Assembly (NCBI GenBank): GCA_963668355.1
Contig: OY764265.1
Span: 1,280,001-1,344,000 of the forward strand
Length of the DNA: 64,000 nucleotides
Direction: 5' to 3'
From: Bdellovibrionota bacterium
Lineage (GTDB): Bacteria > Bdellovibrionota_G > JALEGL01 > DATDPG01
Of this stretch, positions 1-9,097 are shown one piece after another; the first letter of the stretch is position 1; each line of letters opens with the position of its first letter. The translations under genes were made by a program, and so were the position numbers. Below the pieces are notes generated by a model. It made no database searches. It saw nothing but the letters and a program-made list of their open reading frames with translations, and was not told where the DNA came from.

Positions 1-939
1 CCAGCCATTTTCAATTTTAAAAAGGAAGTAGAGAGCCACCATCAGTACGTGAGCAAAGAGGAAAAACCTGGTCTTCATTCTGAATGTCTTGTGCTTAAAT
101 AGAGCAAAAACAAAAGGCATGAAGAAAAACACACCCTTTGAAGCTGCTTCTAGCAGGCTGAATTTTCCCACATAGTTTGTGTACCCTTCGTACTTCATCA
201 TTAGAGGCACAACAGCTGTTAGTGAGGTCTCGTAAATCAAACCGATGAGAATGATGGGTACGAAAAAGAAAACGTTGCTCTGAAAAGCCTTGAGAAAGCT
301 CAGTTTTTCAGGCTTGCTATCTGGTGCATTGTCCGAGGTCTCTTCAAGGGAATTTTGTGGGAGCTTTCCTTTGAGGATGACTCCTAGAAAAAGACTGGCG
401 ATGATCGTCACGCTTCCGTCTACGAGCATGATCCAGCGGCCCAGTTTTTCGAAAAGAAGGTAAGCAAACCCTGTTGAAAGAAGATAGCCAACATGTCGAA
501 ACGTGGAGAAGAGCACCAACATCGCTTCTTTTTTCTGCTTTTCCGTAACTAAGAGTTTGATGCATTTGTAAATGCTTAAGTTTCCGACAAAGATATTGAT
601 CGAGAGGAGGAATACAGCGCAGCAAAGGAGAAGGAAATGCTGCTGAATATGCATGGAAAGAACAAGCAGCCCAGCAATTGAACGAGGTATAACCAACCAT
701 GTGAGCAAGCTACGAGTTTTATCAATGAAGCCGCCAAGGAAAAGTGTGCAAAAACAGGTGCCAAGGGCAAAAGCCCCGAGAAGAATGCCGATTTTATCTG
801 GTCCGAAATGTTGTAAGTCCGAAAAAACAAGGCTTTGATAAATCGTGAAGGCGTCTGTGCCGTTTATTACTATGATGTAGAGAGTCAGCAACCACCATTG
901 GGTGGGGAGTCCTCTATAATTGTCGAGAAAACTCTTCAT
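1..939 (-). CDS. MFS transporter (partial, runs off the left edge)
   Basis: Absent from the ORF track. Translated by hand from ATG 939 (GGAG upstream) down to about 241 with no stop: MKSFLDNYRGLPTQWWLLTLYIIVINGTDAFTIYQSLVF..GILLGAFALGTCFCTLFLGGFIDK..IMLVDGSVTIIASLFLGVIL. Successive hydrophobic helices and an MFS-like GGxxD motif; overlaps the ATP-grasp stop. Confidence 0.8.
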   Translation of the reverse strand, partial: MKSFLDNYRGLPTQWWLLTLYIIVINGTDAFTIYQSLVFSDLQHFGPDKIGILLGAFALGTCFCTLFLGGFIDKTRSLLTWLVIPRSIAGLLVLSMHIQQHFLLLCCAVFLLSINIFVGNLSIYKCIKLLVTEKQKKEAMLVLFSTFRHVGYLLSTGFAYLLFEKLGRWIMLVDGSVTIIASLFLGVILKGKLPQNSLEETSDNAPDSKPEKLSFLKAFQSNVFFFVPIILIGLIYETSLTAVVPLMMKYEGYTNYVGKFSLLEAASKGVFFFMPFVFALFKHKTFRMKTRFFLFAHVLMVALYFLFKIENGW

Positions 940-2257
940 TGTTTTTCTCCCCAATTCGAAGCAGGCTGTCAAGTTCGCCGTCGCAGTAGATACGAAGCTG
1001 TTCTCTGACTTTGTCTATGGCATTTTGTAACCCATGCGCAGACTCGCTCTTTAGTAGTACTCCATACTGGGTGGAGTCTAGGTCAATGGTTTGATCGATG
1101 GTGTCTCCGACCTGAGGGAGTGTTATGACGCGCATGAACTCCGGCATTGTTTGAACTTTATGTAAGCCCTCAATCTTTGAGACAGATCCACCCTTCAAAG
1201 CCACTCCGTCGACTCCTCCCCCAACTCGTGTGCAGTTCTTGGGGAGAATGACAAGAGGTTCGGGGATCTCTAGCTCTCCCAGATAGCCCTTGGCGACGAA
1301 CTCAAACTGATTGTTGTCATTAATATGATTGCCAACGTAAATCATTCCACTTCCCGCCAATCGGCAAGCTACTTCAATAAGGCAAGGGCCTTGGGAGTCG
1401 ACGATGACTTCTAAATGAAAGGGAGAGTTGCGAAGCTCGCAACTTTTTAAGGTGTCAAACGTATAGTTTGCCAACCGTTCAAATTCGGGTTCATTTGGAT
1501 CAAGATTTGTGAATTGAACATGGACAATGTTCTTTTGGTTTCTTAGACATTTTCCGTATTGAAAAATCTCAGAAATCAGAACGTTGCCGTTCCTGTCGGT
1601 TTGACCATTGACACAAAATTCTTCGCCAGAGATGTATTCCTCAACTAGAACATAATCATTCCTCAAATTGTCAAACTCATTATAATCACCAAGAATTTTG
1701 CTTGTGAAACGCTCGACATCGTCTTTGTTGAAGGCTGGAAAAACATTCCATGATCCTCCGGCGTGCATGGGCTTTAAAATAATGGGCCATTGGTTTAATT
1801 CGTGTTGAAAAGCAAGTGCCTCTTCTGGAGTTTGAACAAGGGAGTGTTGGTTTAAGCGAACGCTGCTCTTTTCCCTTAGATGTTTTTTCAAAACGTATTT
1901 GTTCTTAAAACGCTCGGCGACATCAGGGTAAAGCCAATCAAGAGATGCTTTTTTGGCCACCTTACTGCCAAACAAGATCGCACTGTCGTCCCAGGGTATG
2001 ATTGCTGATAGCTTTAGATTTCTTTCAGCCAGAGATTTAATCAAGAATTCTGCCTTTTCGTCATCTTCACCTTCAAAGCAGCAGATAATTTCGGAGAAGT
2101 ACCTTTCTAAATGTGAAAATTTCTTTTTGTAGGTCTTAAAACGCCATTCAAGTGAAAATACGGCGACGATGGGCTTTGTGGTTAATTCAGGAATTCTTTC
2201 GAGGATGCCTTCGGCATTGATATAGGCTGGATTCGTGATGGCAATGCAGTCTTTCAT
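914..2257 (-). CDS. ATP-grasp domain protein, L-amino-acid ligase-like
   Basis: Motifs NKYVLKK, WPIILKPMHAGGSWNV, LVEEYISGEEFCVN, FHLEVIV..GPCLIEVACRLAG. Confidence 0.85.
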   Translation of the reverse strand: MKDCIAITNPAYINAEGILERIPELTTKPIVAVFSLEWRFKTYKKKFSHLERYFSEIICCFEGEDDEKAEFLIKSLAERNLKLSAIIPWDDSAILFGSKVAKKASLDWLYPDVAERFKNKYVLKKHLREKSSVRLNQHSLVQTPEEALAFQHELNQWPIILKPMHAGGSWNVFPAFNKDDVERFTSKILGDYNEFDNLRNDYVLVEEYISGEEFCVNGQTDRNGNVLISEIFQYGKCLRNQKNIVHVQFTNLDPNEPEFERLANYTFDTLKSCELRNSPFHLEVIVDSQGPCLIEVACRLAGSGMIYVGNHINDNNQFEFVAKGYLGELEIPEPLVILPKNCTRVGGGVDGVALKGGSVSKIEGLHKVQTMPEFMRVITLPQVGDTIDQTIDLDSTQYGVLLKSESAHGLQNAIDKVREQLRIYCDGELDSLLRIGEKNNEEFSRQL

Positions 2258-2529
2258 GAGGGTTCCATTCGTTTTTTTGAATATCTGATTTCTATTCCCT
2301 TACGCTCAAAAATGCCATGATTTCAGGTGTATGAGTTCATGTTTTAGCCTCAAATTTTGCAAGGACTAAGCCAGCTGCAGTTTCTAAGAATAGCTACCGA
2401 AAAGGCAGGTTTACATAATAACGGACCGGTTTTACTGGCTGCTTTATTGTCTACAAAGCGAGACAAAGTGTTCTGAAAACGGGGCATTATGTTGCGGATA
2501 TTTGTAGTGTTATACCGCTTTTTTGGAAG

Positions 2530-2585
2530 TAACCTATTGAAATCATGAGAAGGTGTTCTAACCGAGAGCTTGGCGTGAAACTTGG
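2530..2585 (+). promoter_or_regulatory. Possible sigma-54 promoter (variant -12) with IHF-like site
   Basis: TGGCGTGAAACTTGG at 2571-2585 is GG-N10-GG rather than GC. TAACCTATTGAAA at 2530-2542 is one mismatch from the IHF consensus WATCAANNNNTTR on the minus strand. Confidence 0.35.
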
Positions 2586-2642
2586 GTAAAAAGACCCACT
2601 TACGTGGAAAGCGAAATGCATTGAAGGGGAGAGGGAATTGAA

Positions 2643-4181
2643 ATGAAAACAGGCCTCCAAAGATTTTTTGGCCCTTTGTTGGCTGTGATCGGTCTTGCAT
2701 TGATTTTGTACTCGGTAACGACGATTCGAGACACTTCCGAACCTCCAATCGTAGATGTGAAGGACTACGATCTTAACTATATTGTGAATGTTGGAGCTCT
2801 TGAACTTCCCACCACCTATGATCCAAATGACACCCTTCAGAGCACGCTCCAGAGGATTATGGTTTTACTTTATGATGGCTTGTTTGTGGTCAAAGGAGCT
2901 GCAGCCCAGCTAAGTCCTCATCTCGTCTCAAAATGGTCGTATGATGCGGAGAAAAAGCTGTATTCGTTCGAGCTTCGTTCGGATGTCAAATTCTGGGATG
3001 GGACGCCTCTTCTAGCCGAAGACGTGAAAAGCAACTTTGAGACCTGGGTAGGAGAAAAGGGTTTTGACTCTAATATGCTCTATGCAATCAAAGGAGCTCC
3101 TGAATTTCATCGAGGAGAAATAGATAGCTTAGATGCGGTTCAGGTCATCGGTTCTCATAAGCTTCAAATTCAGTTGAGTCGTCACGACTATACGTTTCTC
3201 CGCTCTTTGTCCAACCATCGGTTTTTGGTTGTCAAGAAACTGGGGGGTGAAATCATCGGCACGGGTCCCTTCATTCCTGCAGAAAAAGAAAAGGATAAAG
3301 TCTATTTCCGAAAAAACTCAGCCTACTTCCAAGGAGCTGCGAAAGTCATGGGGATTCGTTTTGAAAAAATGACCCCCTCCGAATTAAGGTCAGCTATCGA
3401 AAAAGGGGCTATCGATTTGACTTGGCAGCCGATGATCAAAGAAGGATTGGTTACGTCGGATTATCATGCGGTTCAAGAGCTTGCTACGTCTGTCGAGATA
3501 CTTTATCTAAACACCACATTTCCTCACTTTAATACTCTTCAAAAGCGCCGAGCTGTGTTTCAAGCAATCGATCTAATGGCCATAGAAAAAAAATGTAACC
3601 GAGGGGAAAGGGCAAAGGGTCTGATTCCTCCCGGTACGTTGGGGCACAGTCGAAAGATAGATCCTTTGACAGCTTCGCCGTCACCGTCTTCGATAAGGTG
3701 GCCTGAATTCGTTCAAACCATCTATTTGGAGGAGTCGGCTTCAGATGTGCGTTGCGTTGCGACCGAAATGAACCACGGCTTTATGAAGGAAGAGATACCT
3801 ATTCGGACGAAACTTGCTCCTTTTTCCAAAATGGAAACGCTTTGGCGTGCAGGGAAACTGGCCGCTGGGATAGAGCGCCTTGGTTTCCGACCGGGTAGAG
3901 AGATCAAACTTTTCTATTTTTTCTCCCAGGGGAACAGGGAATGTTTAGTTGGGAAGACGTCAAAGGAATTCGAGGCTCTCATACAGCGGGGAAGAGAAGC
4001 CATGTCGATGGCGGATCAAGTTGAGGTCTTGAGGGAGTTAGATGCGAAGACGATAGAGAATGGTTACGCCTTTCCTCTCTTTTATCCGGACGAGTACTAT
4101 TATGTGCGCAAACAACTCTATTCTGGGGAAATGCTCTTTGGCTGGACGCCAGACTGGAGTAAATTCGGGATGCTGAAGTGA
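2643..4181 (+). CDS. ABC-type substrate-binding protein, family 5 (OppA/DppA-like)
   Basis: N-terminal TM anchor; LYDGL, FELRSDVKFWDGTPLLAEDVK, IGTGPF, RRAVFQAID. Confidence 0.85.
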   Translation: MKTGLQRFFGPLLAVIGLALILYSVTTIRDTSEPPIVDVKDYDLNYIVNVGALELPTTYDPNDTLQSTLQRIMVLLYDGLFVVKGAAAQLSPHLVSKWSYDAEKKLYSFELRSDVKFWDGTPLLAEDVKSNFETWVGEKGFDSNMLYAIKGAPEFHRGEIDSLDAVQVIGSHKLQIQLSRHDYTFLRSLSNHRFLVVKKLGGEIIGTGPFIPAEKEKDKVYFRKNSAYFQGAAKVMGIRFEKMTPSELRSAIEKGAIDLTWQPMIKEGLVTSDYHAVQELATSVEILYLNTTFPHFNTLQKRRAVFQAIDLMAIEKKCNRGERAKGLIPPGTLGHSRKIDPLTASPSPSSIRWPEFVQTIYLEESASDVRCVATEMNHGFMKEEIPIRTKLAPFSKMETLWRAGKLAAGIERLGFRPGREIKLFYFFSQGNRECLVGKTSKEFEALIQRGREAMSMADQVEVLRELDAKTIENGYAFPLFYPDEYYYVRKQLYSGEMLFGWTPDWSKFGMLK

Positions 4182-6082
4182 AAAATAAAAGGCTACCGAC
4201 ATTTTCCGAACGTTTTTTGAAACACTTCATTATTCTTGCTTGCTTGGGTTGGGCTTTGTTGTTCTACGTCAATGTGCACCACGCACATTCCGTTGTTCGC
4301 CACACGTATGAAGAACTGCCCCAGTCGCGATTGCGAATTCTTGCTTCTTCTCTTGTGGAAGCTCTAAATTCCATGAACTATCCGATCATTCGCCATCAAT
4401 GTAATCACGCGATTTCTACGAAAGAATTTGAAAGTGTCCGAATTTTCGATTCGGCGGGTGTGCCTTTGGCGAATTGCAAAATGCCTGGTGTCAAATCTCT
4501 AAGCGGTACAGATCGAGCGATTCTAAATTTTTTAGCCATACCAAAAAAGCACACACAAGATGTCCTTGATGAAAATGGAATTCGCTGGGGACGAATTGAC
4601 GTCAAAATAAATCAGGCACAAGCCGCCGAAATCGTTCAGCGCACAGTTGTTCGCCCCGCGATTATGGTGGCAGGATTTCTCTTTCTCATTATGGGCGTTT
4701 CTCTTCATCTTGTATTTCAGCAAGGCCATTATCTTGAAAAATTGGCTGAGGCTGTTCGTCTGCGTACAAAGTACATTGAAAAAGATCAAGCGGAACCGAT
4801 CAGCTTATTTGAATCTCGATTTTCACGTGAAACCCAACAAATCGATCAAAGCATCACCGAGTTACTCACGCGCATTTTGCATCTTCGTCAAGAACTTCGT
4901 TTTAAGGCAAAGCTTGCGGGTATTGGTCAAACCGTCACCATGTTTGCGCACGATGCGAGAAAGCCCCTTTCGGCGATTGAAAGCTTCTTAAATAATTTTG
5001 ATTCCACAAGAGATGATCCCAAATTTGTTCAATCCTTCTTAAAGCTTGTTCGTCAAGCCAAAGTGGATCTTGATCGCATGATGGAAGATATGTTGGAGTT
5101 TGGTCATAATCGACCCCTTGTGAAGGAAGATTGGGAGCTTTTGGACTTAGTCGAACTCGCGATGGTTGAAACAGCAGATTTGAAGCACGGAAGCACAATC
5201 CTCTTTGAATATGATTTCCAACATTCGCGAAGGCTTCATATTGATAAGACAGAGGTCAAGCGAGTAATTGGCAATATCTTAAGCAACGCATTTGATGCGG
5301 TAGACGATGGTGGGAAAATTTGGTTCCGGACTAAAGATGTCGACTGCGGTGATTGGATGGAGATTGAAATTGGAAACACAGGCTCTTTTTTAAGTCCGGA
5401 AGATCGTTTAAAGGTGTTTGAACCTTTCTTTACGAGCGGAAAGAAGACGGGGACAGGCCTTGGTTTAGCCATCGCTTACAAAGTTGTAACTGCGCACGGC
5501 GGCGAAATTTCTGTAGAAAGTGAAAAGATGAAAGGAACATGGTTTCGGTTTGTCTTACCTACGGATGGGGAGAGGGAAAAACCGTATAGAAATACGATCT
5601 ACGCAAGCCTAGAAGAGGTTCGTCAAGCACAAATTTGCAAGTTGGAAGAGGGGGAGGTCAAAGAACTCGTCCAGGAGGTCTGTGTGATAGATGTTCCTTT
5701 GAGTCTTCTTATTGTGGATGACGAAGCGCTTTTCCGTCGATCATTGCGAACCATGGTCAGTAAAATCCCAGACCTTAGAGGCCATGTGTCCATTGTTGAA
5801 GCTTCGAGTGGTGAAGAGGCTTTAAAGCTTTTTGAAAAGGCTCGGTTTGATTGTGCCATTGTGGATGTAAATATGGGAGAGGGGAAAATGAACGGTTTCG
5901 ATTTAACTCGGGAAATTGTGAAGCGGTTTCCTCAAAAAAGGGTGCTCATCCATTCGAATTTGAGCGCTAAAGATAACGAGGCCAAAGCACGAGAGGCTGG
6001 AGCACAGGGTTTTATTCCAAAGCCTATGGATCAAGAACAGCTATTGCGTTTTTTGGCGGTTACGGCGAGGAAAGTATCATGA
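4178..6082 (+). CDS. Membrane hybrid sensor histidine kinase (HisKA-HATPase-REC)
   Basis: Two TM helices; H-box FAHDARKPL; NILSNAFDA; FEPFFTSGKKTGTGLGL; REC LLIVDDE...DVNM...FIPKP. Start overlaps the SBP stop. Confidence 0.93.
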   Translation: MKNKRLPTFSERFLKHFIILACLGWALLFYVNVHHAHSVVRHTYEELPQSRLRILASSLVEALNSMNYPIIRHQCNHAISTKEFESVRIFDSAGVPLANCKMPGVKSLSGTDRAILNFLAIPKKHTQDVLDENGIRWGRIDVKINQAQAAEIVQRTVVRPAIMVAGFLFLIMGVSLHLVFQQGHYLEKLAEAVRLRTKYIEKDQAEPISLFESRFSRETQQIDQSITELLTRILHLRQELRFKAKLAGIGQTVTMFAHDARKPLSAIESFLNNFDSTRDDPKFVQSFLKLVRQAKVDLDRMMEDMLEFGHNRPLVKEDWELLDLVELAMVETADLKHGSTILFEYDFQHSRRLHIDKTEVKRVIGNILSNAFDAVDDGGKIWFRTKDVDCGDWMEIEIGNTGSFLSPEDRLKVFEPFFTSGKKTGTGLGLAIAYKVVTAHGGEISVESEKMKGTWFRFVLPTDGEREKPYRNTIYASLEEVRQAQICKLEEGEVKELVQEVCVIDVPLSLLIVDDEALFRRSLRTMVSKIPDLRGHVSIVEASSGEEALKLFEKARFDCAIVDVNMGEGKMNGFDLTREIVKRFPQKRVLIHSNLSAKDNEAKAREAGAQGFIPKPMDQEQLLRFLAVTARKVS

Positions 6083-6732
6083 AGAAACTTTTAAAGTTTC
6101 AAGTCAGAAATGCGAACGAAAACGATCTTGAGGGCGTAATGCGTGCAGAGCAACATTGGCCTAGGGAGCAACGTGGCTCGATTGAAAAATTCCAATCGCG
6201 TCTGAACCGTTTCCCTCAAGGATTTTTTGTGACTGAGGCGGCTGGAGAGATTGTCGCGGTTTCAACGAGTACCTTGGTGAACTACTGTCCGGATGACCTT
6301 TCCAAATTTCAATCGTGGGAAATTTGCACCAATGATGGTTTTCTTTTTCCCATACAGGATATTCGTGATTACAACGCGTTGTTCATCGTATCCGAAGGAA
6401 TTGTCAAGTCGTTTCGGAGAAAAGGCATTCGGGAGGCCATGAGCCGAGCTCAAATTGGGTTAGCGAATCGATTGGGAATGGAATACACGATCATTGGAGC
6501 CATGCTTCCTGGTTATGATGCGTTTTGTCGCAAACATGGTGAAACCGAGGTGTCGAAATATGCAGTTTTAAAAAAGAACGGTCGTTTCATTGATCCGACG
6601 CTACGAAAACTCCATACACTTGGGTTTGAGTTGCCCGATGCCTCTCATCTCATCAAAGACTATTACCCAAGTCCAGAAAGTCGAAACTATGGCCCTTTGC
6701 TGGTACATCGCGTCCAGGGCGATAAGCGTTAG
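6079..6732 (+). CDS. GNAT-like acetyltransferase (YkwB-like)
   Basis: VRNA..DL, RFPQGFFV..GEIV, FRRKGI, DPTLR...GF; ATGA overlap with the kinase. Confidence 0.65.
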   Translation: MKKLLKFQVRNANENDLEGVMRAEQHWPREQRGSIEKFQSRLNRFPQGFFVTEAAGEIVAVSTSTLVNYCPDDLSKFQSWEICTNDGFLFPIQDIRDYNALFIVSEGIVKSFRRKGIREAMSRAQIGLANRLGMEYTIIGAMLPGYDAFCRKHGETEVSKYAVLKKNGRFIDPTLRKLHTLGFELPDASHLIKDYYPSPESRNYGPLLVHRVQGDKR

Positions 6733-6784
6733 TAGAATTTTGGCCTTCTAACTCTTTGCGCAATTTGTGTTAACCTTTCGAAAA

Positions 6785-7030
6785 ATGGCAAAAGCAAAAA
6801 AACGCCTCCCCCTACCTCAAACAAATATTTCTGCGCAGGAAATTCGACGAATATCCCAACAAAAAATCCAATCAGCCCAAAATCGACTGCAAGAAATCGT
6901 TTCTTTTTCGAAACCTAGAACCTTTTCCAATACGGTCATTGCTTTAGAAGATGTCAGGGCCTCAGTACTTCAAGATCTCGGGGCGTCTTTTTTCCAACAT
7001 TATCCAAAACGCCGTAGAGGCCACAGGTAA
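6785..7030 (+). pseudogene. N-terminal remnant resembling an M3 (thimet-type) oligopeptidase
   Basis: SAQEIRR...LQEIVS..PRTFSNTVIALE resembles M3 N-termini; stops after about 80 codons with no HEXXH. Confidence 0.4.
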
Positions 7031-7200
7031 ATTGGGAGAAATATGGTTTGATAGTAAGGATTTAACCTTTAAGGAAGAAGCATTTGTCCAAATCAAAATA
7101 GGAAATAAAGGACCTCAAGTTGAAGAAGATGATTTAGCTCGCCTTTTTGAGCCTTTTTTTACGCTTGGCAAAAAAATTGGAAAAGCGGGACTGCAAGCTG
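6981..7200 (+). pseudogene. HATPase_c fragment paralogous to the upstream kinase
   Basis: RLFSNIIQNAVEA.G..GEIWF..KD...IKIGN.G...LFEPFFTLGKKIG aligns with the kinase at 4178-6082 but lacks the H-box and the GLGL box. Confidence 0.7.
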
Positions 7201-7340
7201 AGATGGAAACCCTATTCAGAAGCACTTCAGAGAAATCCATAGAATACTTGAATATCCATCTTCAAAACACTAGGCACAAGTCGAGCCGTTTTTGCATGGT
7301 TTTTTTGTGCGTTTTCTCCGCTCTAGGAATTTTTGTTCTG

Positions 7341-8090
7341 TCAGTTTTTATTTATAAGCGTGTCGCAAATCAAAGGAATTTGTCCCAGAATTTTGGGTGT
7401 TTTCGATTTGTCATAAGGTGAAATATCTCCCACATAAGCCTCACTAAACGGACCGCTCAGTGGACCCGTGGGTTCTGCAAAATAGTACGTATTCCCATCA
7501 TAAGAGTAGTTCTTTCCGCTGGGTTGGCGCGAAAACTCGGTTTCATTCACGGCCACGGCAATATGATTGGGAAAATCCAATAAAATTGAATCAATACACC
7601 AATGACTCATAATTGCAGCAAAGAGCATGGCGTGATCTTCACAATCACCTTTTTCATCCAAAACCATCTCATAGCCGTATCGAACATAGTCCTTTACACC
7701 CCGAACTTCCTCTAATCCATCTATGCTTGAGTCTCTTTCCCACGGAATTCCACGGACAAAATTGATCGCAAAGTTAACTAGGCTCAGCTTATCCCAAGAA
7801 GAGCGGCTCATAGCAACAAGTTCCTGGGCCACCCAAGCCATGGAATCTTCACACGGATCGGCCACGATATATCGATCATAAAATTCCCAAAGATGGGGAA
7901 GGTATTGGTATCGGGTTTTACAATAGCCGTAATCGCCGGCCTCAAAAGAAAGCTTATAGGACTCACCTTGATACTTCCATTTACGTGTAATTTTCTGCGC
8001 GTCTTCGAATGTTTCTTGAGCATGTCCGGAGGAAAATAGAAAAAGACAAACGATGCCCAATCCAATGGATAGGCGATTTATCCAAGTCAT
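7341..8090 (-). CDS. Secreted transglutaminase-like cysteine enzyme
   Basis: Start ATG 8090 (ATGA overlap); signal peptide ..FSSGHA|QE; GDCEDHA, NHIAVAV, YYFAEPTG. Confidence 0.75.
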   Translation of the reverse strand: MTWINRLSIGLGIVCLFLFSSGHAQETFEDAQKITRKWKYQGESYKLSFEAGDYGYCKTRYQYLPHLWEFYDRYIVADPCEDSMAWVAQELVAMSRSSWDKLSLVNFAINFVRGIPWERDSSIDGLEEVRGVKDYVRYGYEMVLDEKGDCEDHAMLFAAIMSHWCIDSILLDFPNHIAVAVNETEFSRQPSGKNYSYDGNTYYFAEPTGPLSGPFSEAYVGDISPYDKSKTPKILGQIPLICDTLINKN

Positions 8091-9097
8091 TCTGAATCTC
8101 CTCGAAGCACTTGCATCACATGATGAGCGGTATAAATATTTGAACGGTCGCTCCACGAGGTTCGTTCGGCTTCTCCCTTAAAGAAGTTTGTTTTGGCTTG
8201 TAGCTCGATGAGCCAAAGCGCAAAGTCTTCACTTCGACCAGTTTCTCCATCATTTCTATGGCTATTCTGATTAAGATTTACTGTGGATACAACGCTTACA
8301 GGGGGTATTGGAGATGGCGGTTTTTCTCTACGTGCAAAGAGGGTTCTGTGATTTTGTCTATCTAAGGGCGTTGTGCAGAATAGGGGAACTCGAATTTTGT
8401 CTAGGACTTCATTTGGATTTGGATAACCATTGTCTCCCAAAGATCGCAGATCTCCAACTCCGACCTGAGCGGGTTTTCCTTCTTGCGTCCCTGTGGACTC
8501 CGCATACCAATAATCATCACCCCGAAAAGTTGTAAAAGCGGCACCCAAATTGTGATCCGGAAACTCTGAGCCGTTGATGCCCACAGCAATATGGCCCGGA
8601 ATTCGAATTAACATGGAATCCACACACCAATGGCTCAAAATGGCCACGTAAAGCATGGCAAAATCTTCGCAATCCCCCTCTTGATCCAGCAGCATTTCTC
8701 CGGGGTATCGGTAATAGTTGGAGATGTTTTTTGAATCTTGATCGTATTTATAGGGAATGGATCGAACCATATTCAAAGCTAATTCAACTGCCTTCAACCG
8801 ATTCAAACTGTTTTCGCGTGCCTTCTCTCCCAAGTAATACGCGAGCCTTCGAACATCATCTCCACAAGGATCATTAAAAAGGTATTGGTTGACGTTGTTT
8901 TCTGGATAAGGATGGGGCAAAAATGAGTATTCATTTGAACAGATGCCCAAGGTATCGACATTTAGGGATAGGTCATAATCGCGGCCTGCGTACTCCCAAG
9001 AAAAATCAACATAACCAGCGATTCCATCCCCTGAAAATGCGAACAAAAGAGTTGTTGTCAGAGTCCAAAAAAACAAAATACAATCTTTACCGAACAT
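8087..9097 (-). CDS. Secreted transglutaminase-like cysteine enzyme (paralog)
   Basis: Start ATG 9097 overlaps the upstream TGA; signal peptide; GDCEDFA, GHIAVGI, YWYAESTG; shares SHWC with its neighbour. Confidence 0.75.
   Translation of the reverse strand: MFGKDCILFFWTLTTTLLFAFSGDGIAGYVDFSWEYAGRDYDLSLNVDTLGICSNEYSFLPHPYPENNVNQYLFNDPCGDDVRRLAYYLGEKARENSLNRLKAVELALNMVRSIPYKYDQDSKNISNYYRYPGEMLLDQEGDCEDFAMLYVAILSHWCVDSMLIRIPGHIAVGINGSEFPDHNLGAAFTTFRGDDYWYAESTGTQEGKPAQVGVGDLRSLGDNGYPNPNEVLDKIRVPLFCTTPLDRQNHRTLFARREKPPSPIPPVSVVSTVNLNQNSHRNDGETGRSEDFALWLIELQAKTNFFKGEAERTSWSDRSNIYTAHHVMQVLRGDSE

Noticed and set aside
2303..2318. Sigma-54 promoter for the ATP-grasp gene (and similar sites near 19717, 28717 and 57110-57137)
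   Set aside because: Spacing is GG-N9-GC, not the required N10.
2350..2748. 132-aa minus-strand ORF in the divergent intergenic region
   Set aside because: Overlaps the SBP start and promoter region; no recognisable features.
7341..9097. Transglutaminase-like genes as the lasso B2 leader protease
   Set aside because: They carry secretion signals, lie over 10 kb away in a different operon, and have a different motif context.
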